Source: a bacterium (lineage in GTDB: Bacteria > Patescibacteriota > Minisyncoccia > Phycocordibacterales > UBA918). From it: a DNA stretch of 64,000 bases. Position numbers and translations under genes: made by a program. The DNA is taken from positions 891 to 64,890 of the forward strand of contig JAYSUD010000007.1 in assembly GCA_043719295.1 (NCBI GenBank), given 5' to 3'. Below are positions 1-8,970 of the stretch, piece by piece. Positions within the stretch are counted from its first letter, which is position 1. Every line of letters starts with the position of its first letter. The notes under the pieces were generated by a model that worked only from the letters and a program-made list of their open reading frames with translations, was not told the origin of the DNA and ran no database searches.

Positions 1-3000
1 TATTACGAGATTGTTTGAGGGAGGATTAACTACTGTATTGTTTACGGTTACGGAAATTGGTGCTGCGTCTTGAATGTTTCCCGCTGCGTCAACTGCACGT
101 GCACTGATAATGTGCGCACCATTTGCAACACTCGCACTATTCCATAAAAATGTATACGGTGCTGTTGTATCTTGTGAACCTACAACGTTACCATCAATGA
201 GTAATGTTACACCTGTAACGGCAACATTATCTGAAGCAGTTGCGGTAATGGTTGTTGTCCCTGAAACAGCAATGCCCACACTTGGTGCTACGATAGATAC
301 AGTTGGAGAAATTGTATCTGCTGTAGAAGTTGCACCGGGTCCAGACACACTAACATCATCAATAATAAGTGTACCGTTACCAGCAATTAGATGGAAAAGG
401 GTCATCGATACTACTCCAGTTGGTGGAGTAAAGGTACGACTCATTGTTGCCCAAGTTCCACCAGTTGTAGGTAGTGCTTGCAGAAACTGGTACTGCGAAG
501 CACCGCTAGTTGTCGTGTAACGGATCAGTGCTTCAGAACCAATTGTACTGTTGTACTTGTCACTTATTGTATATTCCGTTCCAGGTGCTACTGGAACATC
601 ATTGAAAAACCATTTTGCATCTCCGTTAGTGTAGCCACTGATAGTGACCGAGGCAGCACTACCAGAGTAACCTGTAGTTGGATACGTAAACACACGGTTG
701 TTTGTTCCCCATCCACCACGGTTCCAGTTTTGGGGGTTACCTGTTGTGCCTAGCGTTTCAAACCCTGAGTTTAGTACTAAGTTACCACCTGCCGGAGGTG
801 TAGTTGAGCTTATATTATTCACCGTGACAAGTCTCTCAACCTTATCGTTATTTCCGTAAGGATCATGTGAAGTGGCTTTTATCACATAATCACCATCTGG
901 ATAAGCTGTTGTGTCCCAAACTACTTCATAAGGTGCAGTAGCGTCTTCAACTCCATGCAACACACCATTAATTGCAAAGTAAACTCCGACTACAGAAGTA
1001 TCATCACTACTCGTTGCTACTAAGGTTACTGTTCCTGAAAGTACATCCCCAACATTTGGATAGACAAAATTAACTCGTGGTGCATTAATTTCTGAAGGAG
1101 TACCAGTACCAGTTGCGTATAATTCAACGTTATCAATAGCCAGAATTGCTTCAGAACTAATGAGATGGAAAAAGGTAATAGTTTCAGCTCCCACAGGTGG
1201 TACAAAAGTCTTCTCTAATTGAGTCCATGAATCAGTTGGTTGAATTTCCTTTATGAGACCAAAATGATGATCTGAACCGTCAGCAAAAGTGTATCGTCCA
1301 ATGATGTCAGAGATTGAGTTGGACTTATACATGGTTCGATATGTATATTCGGTACCAGAATCGACTGGTACCGAAGTGTGTACCCAGCGAGCATCTCCAG
1401 TATCACCATATTCATAGTCTGTAATTACTACCTGTATAGCAGAACCGCCACCCACACCGGTTACAGGATAAGTAAATTCACTCGTAAGAGTTCCGAATCC
1501 TCCAGGTTGCCAACCAAGTGGATTAAGACCGTTAGCTATTTCAAAATCGCCATTTTGTATAAGATTTGGTAAATTATTATTTCCGTTATCTATACTGACT
1601 GTGATTGAGGGAGTGTCAGTTGTATTTCCTGAGGTATCACTAATTCTTGCTGACAGAGCGTAATTACCGTCAGTTAAAGCGGTAGTATCAAACTGCAACG
1701 TATAGGGTGCCTCAGAATCATTAACTCCAACTGGATTACTGTCTATATATAATTGAACTGAAGCTACGCCAATATTGTCAGTAGCATCAACTCCAACTTG
1801 AGTTACATTGGAAAGCACTGATCCCGATGTAATATTGTTAATAATTCCTGATGGAGGCATCACGTCACCACCATTAGTTAAAGTGAGAGAAAAATCATCA
1901 ATTGTTAGTCTTCCATTATTTGCTAATTCATGGAAGATAGTTGCTGTCTCTACTCCAGCTGGAACAATAAAAGTAAAGGTATTGCGAGTTGGCTGTGATA
2001 CAGGTGGTACTACAGAAAGAAATAGATATTCGGTAGTTCCATTTGTCCTCACAAATTGAACAAGTACATCAGTTGGTGCTGTTGCCGTATACAGGTTTGA
2101 AAATGTATAACTTTCTCCCGGAGTCACAAACGCTGGCGAAGAGAGCCATTTGGCGCTACCTGATTCGTAGTTAGTAACGTTGATTTCAGCCGCTTTGGCA
2201 CCAGCATAGCCCACAACCGGATATGTAAAGATTGGATTCATCACACCGTACCAGTTTTGATACCAATCAAGCGGCGATGTTACAAAGGTTCCTTCAATCT
2301 CAACTGACGGATTAGTTACTAAATTACCAGAGCCAATACCATTATTTAGGTACAAGTTAATGCTCTTACGGTTAGATAAGCCATTACTATCGAGTACAGT
2401 TAGGATAACCTCCACATAAACATCATTAGCAGTATGGTCGTCGGCAGGAAACCTAATTGAAGTTGTACCATTTGCTTGATAGATACTATGGGTATGCACA
2501 TTATGGTGCAAAACAACTTCCCAAGAAAATGCGCTCGGAGGAATAATACCATCTTCAGGATCAGTTCCTTCACCACGTACAGTAATCATACCACCTGAAA
2601 CATATAGTGAACCACTAGAGGGAGTAGTAATTTGAGCCTGCGGAGACTGATTACCGACGTAGATGGTGGTACTTTCTGCTACAGCTGAACCAAGACTATC
2701 AGTCACTACTAACGACGCATTGTAAGTACCATTAACTAAATAAGTGTGCGAAGGATTAGCAGCAACCGAAGTGCTCCCATCGCCGAAAGTCCAAGCATAA
2801 GTCATTGGATTGCCGTCTGGGTCATAGGTGCCTAAACTTGAAAATGAAACATTTAATGGTGACAGACCAAAAATAGGATTTGCATTTAGCAAAACAACCG
2901 GACGGCGGTTACCATCAGTATGAGTTATCCTATTAAGATTACCAAAAACAATATCAATGTAGTAGACATTGCCATCAGGACCAGTAATAATTTCTACTGG

Positions 3001-4731
3001 GAAGATATCTGTATTAAAATCGTCTAATCCAATTACAGCGGTACCGGAAGCATTAAGCTCAAGACGCTTCATCCACATTTGAGAATAATCACCAATAAAA
3101 AGCGAATTATTATAGATTGAGGGATAGACTCCATTATCTGGAAATGATCCGGCTGTTATAGAACCCGCTCCTGAGGCATTGTGAGGGTATGTATAAACTG
3201 GATTAATGTGCAAAGAAGTAGTCTCACAACCATAACTTGTCGCGAAGTCTCCTTCCCGACATGGCCAACCATAGTTACCTCCCGGTACTATCCGATTAAT
3301 TTCTTCCCAACTACCCCAACCGACATCGCCTACATACAGCTGTCCTGTGGTTGGGTGAAAGTTAAATCTGAAAGCATTTCTTAGACCAAGTGCATACACT
3401 TTTGATCGATTTGAATTAGGATCCCCATTATAAAATGGATTGTCAGTAGGAGCTGTTCCATCTGTGTTAATGCGGAGTATTTTACCTGCCAAAGCATCAA
3501 TATTTTGAGCTCGAAGCGCACGAGGATCAACAGTAACAAAATCAGCACCATCCCCCAAAGTTGCATACAGTTTTCCATCAGGACCAAACCGCAAGCCTCC
3601 AACACTGTGACTGTTTGAGTCCGAGGCTATACAGTCGTCAGTTACTAATAAATCTTCACAGGATGGAGAGTCGATTGAGCCTCCGTCACTACCAACTAAA
3701 ACAAACTTACTTGACTCACTGGCAACATCACCCACGACTGTAAGTCTTACAATTCGACCAGTTTTTGGACCAGCTACATTAACACCAGGAGTGTTTTCAT
3801 AAGTGTATAACGCATAAATATAGCCATTGATAGAGAAATTTGGATCAACAGCCAAACCTAAAAGACCACGGTCACCGAAATTATTAACGTCAGTGAGAGT
3901 AACTAACGGCTCAGGCAGTAATATGTCATTTTTAATAATCCTTATCGAGCCTCCTTTTTCAGCAATTAAAATCCGCCCATCTGGTGTAAACGCTGCAGCA
4001 GTTGCTAAAGCAAAACCTTCTGCAACTACTACACTCTCAAATCCAGGCTCCACAATTTGTGCTTCAGCCCACAAAGGTAACGAAAACATCACAATTCCGA
4101 CAACGATACCAAGCGCAACCGGCAAGGCTAACGAAATGCTTACACGAAGTGTAGAACTAAGACTTCGTATAGGTTCAATCTTCGGAACCCTCTTGAGGAA
4201 AAAATTCTGAATTGGCACTGTTTTAGACTGAATCTGTAAAATTCCTTTTTGAATTGTAGTACCGAACGCACTAATAAAAGACACAAACGTTTTATAGGAT
4301 CGTATGAGTGTCGCATTATTCATAGTGATACGGATTGACTCATTAAGTTTATTCCTGTTTTTAGAGAATAGCCAGACCATCAGGACTCCAAATATAAACA
4401 CTAAAACCATTGGGTATTGTGGTAATACCATAATAAGTTCAAAAAACTTTCCAAAATAGTATTTATATAAGATAACTTGTGGTTCATCTGCTCCAACTTT
4501 TAATGCAGTACCAATAGCAATCGAACCAAGCATAAGCATATAACTACTAACAAAAAGCAAAATTGCGTACGAAATAAGCTTGTTTACAAATTTATTTCTT
4601 ACTATACCCCCATCTTTATTATAAGTCTGGTAGGCTGAGCGATGACCTCTACCGCGTAGATAGTTTAAAATCTTGGCTGAAATGATAATAGCCAAGTGAA
4701 TAAATACAGATAATCCGAAAATTGGTATCAT
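1..4731 (-). CDS. Giant cell-surface protein, partial (ORF continues beyond window start; >1570 aa in window). N-terminal TM segments, glucose/sorbosone-dehydrogenase-like (SGDH/PQQ-type) beta-propeller, PKD domain, then at least three CBM4_9-like + bacterial Ig-like repeat units
   Basis: Hand translation of minus strand from ATG (4731-4729): MIPIFGLSVFIHLAIIISAKILNYLRGRGHRSAYQTY... Frame checked codon by codon at 4621-4731 and at 61-120 (…GAHIISARAVDAAGNIQDAA); no stop seen. Absent from supplied ORF track because no in-window stop. Motifs read: GGSIRIIKNDILLPEP/GDRGLLGLAVDPNF (SGDH-like propeller), PLNVSFSSLGTYDPDGNPMTYAWTFGDGSTS (PKD), repeated NGDFE…(CBM-like) followed by APY…WDTT…DG.Y…A.D..GN (Ig-like). 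Supplied track has only short ORFs across 1-4737, consistent with one long minus-strand reading frame. Confidence 0.75.
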   Translation of the reverse strand, partial: MIPIFGLSVFIHLAIIISAKILNYLRGRGHRSAYQTYNKDGGIVRNKFVNKLISYAILLFVSSYMLMLGSIAIGTALKVGADEPQVILYKYYFGKFFELIMVLPQYPMVLVFIFGVLMVWLFSKNRNKLNESIRITMNNATLIRSYKTFVSFISAFGTTIQKGILQIQSKTVPIQNFFLKRVPKIEPIRSLSSTLRVSISLALPVALGIVVGIVMFSLPLWAEAQIVEPGFESVVVAEGFALATAAAFTPDGRILIAEKGGSIRIIKNDILLPEPLVTLTDVNNFGDRGLLGLAVDPNFSINGYIYALYTYENTPGVNVAGPKTGRIVRLTVVGDVASESSKFVLVGSDGGSIDSPSCEDLLVTDDCIASDSNSHSVGGLRFGPDGKLYATLGDGADFVTVDPRALRAQNIDALAGKILRINTDGTAPTDNPFYNGDPNSNRSKVYALGLRNAFRFNFHPTTGQLYVGDVGWGSWEEINRIVPGGNYGWPCREGDFATSYGCETTSLHINPVYTYPHNASGAGSITAGSFPDNGVYPSIYNNSLFIGDYSQMWMKRLELNASGTAVIGLDDFNTDIFPVEIITGPDGNVYYIDIVFGNLNRITHTDGNRRPVVLLNANPIFGLSPLNVSFSSLGTYDPDGNPMTYAWTFGDGSTSVAANPSHTYLVNGTYNASLVVTDSLGSAVAESTTIYVGNQSPQAQITTPSSGSLYVSGGMITVRGEGTDPEDGIIPPSAFSWEVVLHHNVHTHSIYQANGTTSIRFPADDHTANDVYVEVILTVLDSNGLSNRKSINLYLNNGIGSGNLVTNPSVEIEGTFVTSPLDWYQNWYGVMNPIFTYPVVGYAGAKAAEINVTNYESGSAKWLSSPAFVTPGESYTFSNLYTATAPTDVLVQFVRTNGTTEYLFLSVVPPVSQPTRNTFTFIVPAGVETATIFHELANNGRLTIDDFSLTLTNGGDVMPPSGIINNITSGSVLSNVTQVGVDATDNIGVASVQLYIDSNPVGVNDSEAPYTLQFDTTALTDGNYALSARISDTSGNTTDTPSITVSIDNGNNNLPNLIQNGDFEIANGLNPLGWQPGGFGTLTSEFTYPVTGVGGGSAIQVVITDYEYGDTGDARWVHTSVPVDSGTEYTYRTMYKSNSISDIIGRYTFADGSDHHFGLIKEIQPTDSWTQLEKTFVPPVGAETITFFHLISSEAILAIDNVELYATGTGTPSEINAPRVNFVYPNVGDVLSGTVTLVATSSDDTSVVGVYFAINGVLHGVEDATAPYEVVWDTTAYPDGDYVIKATSHDPYGNNDKVERLVTVNNISSTTPPAGGNLVLNSGFETLGTTGNPQNWNRGGWGTNNRVFTYPTTGYSGSAASVTISGYTNGDAKWFFNDVPVAPGTEYTISDKYNSTIGSEALIRYTTTSGASQYQFLQALPTTGGTWATMSRTFTPPTGVVSMTLFHLIAGNGTLIIDDVSVSGPGATSTADTISPTVSIVAPSVGIAVSGTTTITATASDNVAVTGVTLLIDGNVVGSQDTTAPYTFLWNSASVANGAHIISARAVDAAGNIQDAAPISVTVNNTVVNPPSNNLVI

Positions 4732-4737
4732 AAAAAA

Positions 4738-5775
4738 TTAATCAGTTTGGATGTTTTTGCTGATAAAACGTTCAGGATGAAACCATGCAAGATTTTTTTT
4801 GCCTAGAATCATTTCTTTAACCATCTGTTCTAGAAAAATGTAGGCATTAATAACTACAAGTAAAGCGTATGGAATTGGTACAAGTATAAGTTCTAAGCGT
4901 TTTTCTTTCCATGCAGCGAACAGCGCGAACACTGAAGCTAATGCTAAATATGAAATAATAAAATTTGCAAAGAATTTAAGACTTAATATTGGCAACAAAA
5001 AAAATAAAACTGAAAAAACAAATCCTTCTGCGTACATAATTGATAGTTCAAGTGCAACTTTTGGTTGTTTAGTTGCTAAGGTATAGTGTTTTATCAGACA
5101 TTGCCACCCTCCTCCAAACCATCTCCGAACTTGATTAATATATGAATGGAGTGTTATTGGATCTTGAGTAAACACAATCAGACGAGTGTCATATTGAATT
5201 TTTAAATCCAGTTGATGAAGTCGATAGGTAAAATCTAAGTCTTCAGTAAGAGTATCGTGCTCAAAAGAAATAAACTTCCTAAAATCTGCAGTTTTAAAAA
5301 CTCCTGCAGCTCCAGGAATCACAAACAAAAAACCTAAGTGATGTTGAGCTAATTTATGAAGGTTCTGTCCTACAGAATACTCGAAAGCACGACATGCAGT
5401 AAGCCAGTTGTATTTTTTACTTTGTATATAGCCTCCAAGTGCAGAAAGTTGAGGGTTTTGTACAAAATCGTCTTCAACATATTTAATAAAATCTTGGTCA
5501 AGTACTGTATCACCATCTGTAGCAACAAACACATCTCCGGTAACGTATTGTAGTCCGATTTCTTGCGCATAACTTTTATTACCTGTTGGCGTTGGAAGTG
5601 AAACTACAGTGATTGCATCACCAAATGAAGCAAGAATTTCTGCACTTTTATCAGAACTTCCGTCGTTTACAACAATAATTTGATCTGGCTTTCTTGTTTG
5701 AGAAAGGCATGAAGAAACACAATCAGCGATTGATTTTTCTTCATTGTAACAGGGAATAAGAATTGAAATTTTCAT
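4738..5775 (-). CDS. Family 2 glycosyltransferase, processive beta-glycan synthase type (cellulose synthase/PgaC/NodC-like), C-terminal TM helices
   Basis: ORF track 4738..5814; likely start MKISILIPCYNEE (5775). Motifs DGSSD, DGD, TEDLD and QVRRW (QxxRW) typical of processive GT2; hydrophobic C-terminus. Stop 7 nt from start of giant ORF at 4731. Confidence 0.8.
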   Translation of the reverse strand: MKISILIPCYNEEKSIADCVSSCLSQTRKPDQIIVVNDGSSDKSAEILASFGDAITVVSLPTPTGNKSYAQEIGLQYVTGDVFVATDGDTVLDQDFIKYVEDDFVQNPQLSALGGYIQSKKYNWLTACRAFEYSVGQNLHKLAQHHLGFLFVIPGAAGVFKTADFRKFISFEHDTLTEDLDFTYRLHQLDLKIQYDTRLIVFTQDPITLHSYINQVRRWFGGGWQCLIKHYTLATKQPKVALELSIMYAEGFVFSVLFFLLPILSLKFFANFIISYLALASVFALFAAWKEKRLELILVPIPYALLVVINAYIFLEQMVKEMILGKKNLAWFHPERFISKNIQTD

Positions 5776-5885
5776 TATATGCGAAATTGAGCGCTGGCAC
5801 ACAACACGAATCACCCCTTTGGCTATAAGGTGAAGAACACTTGCTGTGGCTAGGAGCTGAATTCCTCTGCATTATACATCTATTA

Positions 5886-5915
5886 GACTTTTTGTCAATC
5901 CATTGACAAAAAGTC
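5886..5915. promoter_or_regulatory. Perfect 14-bp inverted repeat with 2-bp spacer (GACTTTTTGTCAAT cc ATTGACAAAAAGTC), candidate operator upstream of GT2/giant-protein operon
   Basis: Read directly at 5886-5915; lies 13 nt downstream of sortase stop and ~70 nt upstream of GT2 start on minus strand; no flanking T-tract so not a classical intrinsic terminator. Confidence 0.35.
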
Positions 5916-5927
5916 AGCTGTGTAGGT

Positions 5928-6584
5928 CTACAACACTTCTTTTATCGTTGCGTATACCACAAGATTATGACTGTATCGTTGAATCCCTTTATTAAAAGTG
6001 CCTGAACAGGTTACCAAGCGAAGTGTTGGAGCGTCTGTTTTTCCATATACCTTTTCAGTTGGAAATGAGTCTTGCGGGTACCTAACAAGCTCATCGACGA
6101 CAAACACTGCAGTGGTACCATCTTCCCTCCCCACATCAATAGTGTCGCCCTTTCTAAGCCGTCCAAGTGAATAAAAGATTGCAGGACCGTCTTTTGAATC
6201 TACGTGCCCTAAGATGACCGCTGGACCAACCTCTCCAGGAGTCGCCCCTTGCCCATACCACCCAACTTGAGTGAATGAATCGGGAACTTCGATAGTTTGA
6301 TCAGCTTGTAATTGAAGTGGTGCTACAAAAGTAGCGTCAAGTGAAAGCGCAGGGATTCGTAAAGAAATTGGTTGACTTCGCTCATACAAACTACTATTTG
6401 AAGCTAACTCTTGTTCTGAAGAAGTTTTTTCTTGGTGATAAGATTTTCCTATTATTCCCATACCCACAATGATACAAACAACAAACGCCACTACGAGAAC
6501 GTAATGACGAATTGTTTGTTTCAGAGTCTTTTGTTGAGGATTAGTATCCATTCTTTGTTCGTCGTGTTGAAACTGAACCTCCAA
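5928..6584 (-). CDS. Sortase family transpeptidase (class E/F-like) with N-terminal TM anchor
   Basis: ILGHVDS (His), TLRLVTCSG (TLxTC Cys) and downstream QRYS (Arg) catalytic triad order; N-terminal hydrophobic segment. Alternative start MDTNP at 6551. Confidence 0.75.
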   Translation of the reverse strand: MEVQFQHDEQRMDTNPQQKTLKQTIRHYVLVVAFVVCIIVGMGIIGKSYHQEKTSSEQELASNSSLYERSQPISLRIPALSLDATFVAPLQLQADQTIEVPDSFTQVGWYGQGATPGEVGPAVILGHVDSKDGPAIFYSLGRLRKGDTIDVGREDGTTAVFVVDELVRYPQDSFPTEKVYGKTDAPTLRLVTCSGTFNKGIQRYSHNLVVYATIKEVL

Positions 6585-8016
6585 GAATTGCTGTTAGGTT
6601 TGGAAGTGTGACCCCAATAGGTGAGGTTGCTCCAGCACCTGTTGCTGGCGCACCAAGCGGCATCTTGTCTGTTGCAGCACCAAGTACTGCACCCTTAGGA
6701 GTGTTTGAAGTTGAATCTCCACGCACTTCCCCGTCTGGAGTATTATTACTTGGACTCTTACGTGAACCAACTTTACCTCCACCTCCTCCTCCGCCACCGT
6801 TTGAAGAATCAACTGGTGCATTTACAATAACTGAACAAGTACTAGAAGCTTCAGTATCATCAAACACGGTAAGTGTAAACGTTTCTTCTAAACCAGTAGT
6901 TGTTACAACTGCTGTACCGGTAGCTACACTTGTTGAAGCTATAGCACCGAATTGTGTGAGTGTTGCAGATGTAGCGTCGAGACTCACCCATGCAAGAGTT
7001 TCAGTATTTGGCTCATTTTCTACATCCTCAAGAACAGCAATTTCACACACAGGGAAATACTCTTCATCAGTATCGTCATCACAATCTTCCTCGAATGTTC
7101 GAGCAAATTGCTCTGTTGATGTTGATGCTTCGTCACAAGGATCAATAACTACATCTTTTTTGTTGTAGAAATCAACGTGATATGCATCATCTGCATATAC
7201 ATAGCCGTTTGTTTCACCTACTTGTACGCTTGTCTTTCCATCTTCAGTTTTAATGTCAGCGTCAGCGGCAACAGTAAGTTTGTTCGCTTCATTAGCTTCC
7301 TTAGTTCCCATTTCAACACTTACGTTTGTCCATCCTTTCTGAAGTACCTCATACACACGATACATAAATGAATGTTGCTCTTCTACAACTTCAGTTCCCG
7401 CATATCCATCCCATTCAAGACAGTAGTAACCGTTTTTGTCTGTATTTTCTTCATCGAGTCCGTAGATGTTCTCGCTCCGATCTCCAAATGTAAGTACTTT
7501 CATGAGACCAATAGCCCAGTTTGAAAGTGGATTGCCCTTTTCATCGTACTTGTGACCTTCAAATTCACATGCACCTTCAGTGTCTTCATTGGTGTCTTCA
7601 TACACACAAGTTCCTTCTTCTTCATAGTTAGTAGCCTCACTATCGTTACAGGTAACAGCATCAAGCGGTGCGACACATCCATTTTCGTGAATTTCTTGGT
7701 TTTCAGTAGTCCAGTTTTGTCCTTCAAAAGAACCAGATTCTTCTTCACCTAAGTCATAATTAAATGGTGGAATGATATCAGACCCGTGCGTACCATGACC
7801 ATTAATCTCGTTAATGATACTATTTGCATCTACTGTATTACTTGTATAAGGGTTATGTTCACTTGCGGTTGCATGACAAATGGTCACATTTGGATTATTG
7901 GGAAACTCAAATTCCGTTGCAAATACTGAGCTAAATGGACCAAAAGCCATAGCTAAGAGTACAATAACGGCAAAAAAACGCTTTTGCGTAATTGAATGAA
8001 TAGTTGAATAAGTCAT
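6541..8016 (-). CDS. Secreted, highly acidic (D/E/T/N-rich), Cys-containing surface protein with poly-Gly run; possible sortase substrate
   Basis: Signal peptide (FFAVIVLLAMAFGPFSSVFA); acidic low-complexity body with paired Cys; GGGGGGGG run; C-terminus …GVTLPNLTAILGGSVSTRRTKNGY (LPxxT-like then short hydrophobic + basic tail). Overlaps sortase gene start. Confidence 0.55.
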   Translation of the reverse strand: MTYSTIHSITQKRFFAVIVLLAMAFGPFSSVFATEFEFPNNPNVTICHATASEHNPYTSNTVDANSIINEINGHGTHGSDIIPPFNYDLGEEESGSFEGQNWTTENQEIHENGCVAPLDAVTCNDSEATNYEEEGTCVYEDTNEDTEGACEFEGHKYDEKGNPLSNWAIGLMKVLTFGDRSENIYGLDEENTDKNGYYCLEWDGYAGTEVVEEQHSFMYRVYEVLQKGWTNVSVEMGTKEANEANKLTVAADADIKTEDGKTSVQVGETNGYVYADDAYHVDFYNKKDVVIDPCDEASTSTEQFARTFEEDCDDDTDEEYFPVCEIAVLEDVENEPNTETLAWVSLDATSATLTQFGAIASTSVATGTAVVTTTGLEETFTLTVFDDTEASSTCSVIVNAPVDSSNGGGGGGGGKVGSRKSPSNNTPDGEVRGDSTSNTPKGAVLGAATDKMPLGAPATGAGATSPIGVTLPNLTAILGGSVSTRRTKNGY

Positions 8017-8186
8017 AGAATATTAAATTATGGGTAGTCTAACTTTTACTAAAGGATTAAGAAAAAAACTATCAGACACATGGCGCACATGGAGTCATGT
8101 ATTGCCAGGATTGTACAACGTGATTTAAAAAAATGCAAGTTAGACAACAAGAATAGCCTCATGGCAAACTCTCACAGAAACCTAAT

Positions 8187-8612
8187 CTAACTTTTTTGTA
8201 CCTGCTCTAGCTTAAAAATATCTAAATTCTTTTCAAAGAGAATATTGTAGTGCTCAAAAAAATTGTTTTGACCAAGTAGAATATCCACAGGTAAATCAAT
8301 TACAAAATTAAAAGGTGCCTCAAATAAGTACTCGGAATCTTTGACCATCATACTCAATGTATGAACATAACCTGTTGAATGACCATTTCCAATACCTCCT
8401 ACGAGTAAGTGAGTTCCTGACTCAATAATAATACCCAAATCTTTTGCATAAGATGCATTAATCATTGATGTTGTGCAACCAGAATCAATCATCGCAAGAA
8501 TTGGTGGCAGACTAAAGTCACCGTTGTGAAGCTCAATCTCAAGCATTGGGCGACAAACTACCCCTTCTTTTCCTGCAAAGAACTTGAAGTATCGAAATGT
8601 TGACCAAGTCAT
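8187..8612 (-). CDS. Retropepsin-like (clan AA) aspartic protease
   Basis: AMIDSGCTTSMI motif (D-S/T-G active site) in a 141-aa protein, typical of bacterial retropepsin-like proteases. Confidence 0.6.
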   Translation of the reverse strand: MTWSTFRYFKFFAGKEGVVCRPMLEIELHNGDFSLPPILAMIDSGCTTSMINASYAKDLGIIIESGTHLLVGGIGNGHSTGYVHTLSMMVKDSEYLFEAPFNFVIDLPVDILLGQNNFFEHYNILFEKNLDIFKLEQVQKS

Positions 8613-8630
8613 ATCAAAAACGTGTCTTTA

Positions 8631-8828
8631 TTAAAAAGCAAACGAAAGCCCTGTTGGTAAGGCTCGAATAAATACAACGTCCTTATTTCCTACTTTTTGT
8701 TTCAATTCATGTGGCGTGTCTGCATACTCAACAACTGCCGAGTAATCCGTAGACAGAGCAACCCATTTCCCTTCGTGCTCTTTTTTAAGCACAGTAGATA
8801 AATCATAGTTTTTAGTTTTTTCTTGCAT
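8631..8828 (-). CDS. Small hypothetical protein (DUF5678-like?) upstream partner of the aspartic protease
   Basis: 65-aa ORF 19 nt upstream of the protease gene, same strand; KWVAL…VVEYADTPHEL…VVFIRALP pattern recalls small DUF5678-type proteins; assignment from memory only. Confidence 0.35.
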   Translation of the reverse strand: MQEKTKNYDLSTVLKKEHEGKWVALSTDYSAVVEYADTPHELKQKVGNKDVVFIRALPTGLSFAF

Positions 8829-8970
8829 ATATACGAAAATATTAGATTGACCTATACTCAGTATAGTATGAAATGGATCTCTTGTCTTAACAAATAGGTA
8901 CGTTGGTAGTTTGTAACAGTATTGCTAAATTTATTTTGTATTCGGTACTTTTATAGGTTAAAATAGAGAC

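Noticed and set aside
74-4210. Plus-strand ORFs in the track (74..520, 478..753, 1808..2059, 3827..4210 etc.)
   Set aside because: They lie antisense to the long uninterrupted minus-strand reading frame 1-4731. Their translations are Thr/Ser/Val-rich antisense-type artefacts without motifs.
5886-5915. The 30-bp palindrome as intrinsic terminator of the sortase gene
   Set aside because: A 2-nt spacer cannot form a stable hairpin loop without sacrificing stem, and there is no T-tract after it on the minus strand.
6608-7168. Plus-strand 186-aa Pro-rich ORF (PPPPPPPP)
   Set aside because: It is antisense to the acidic surface protein 6541..8016; the poly-Pro is the reverse complement of the Gly-codon tract.
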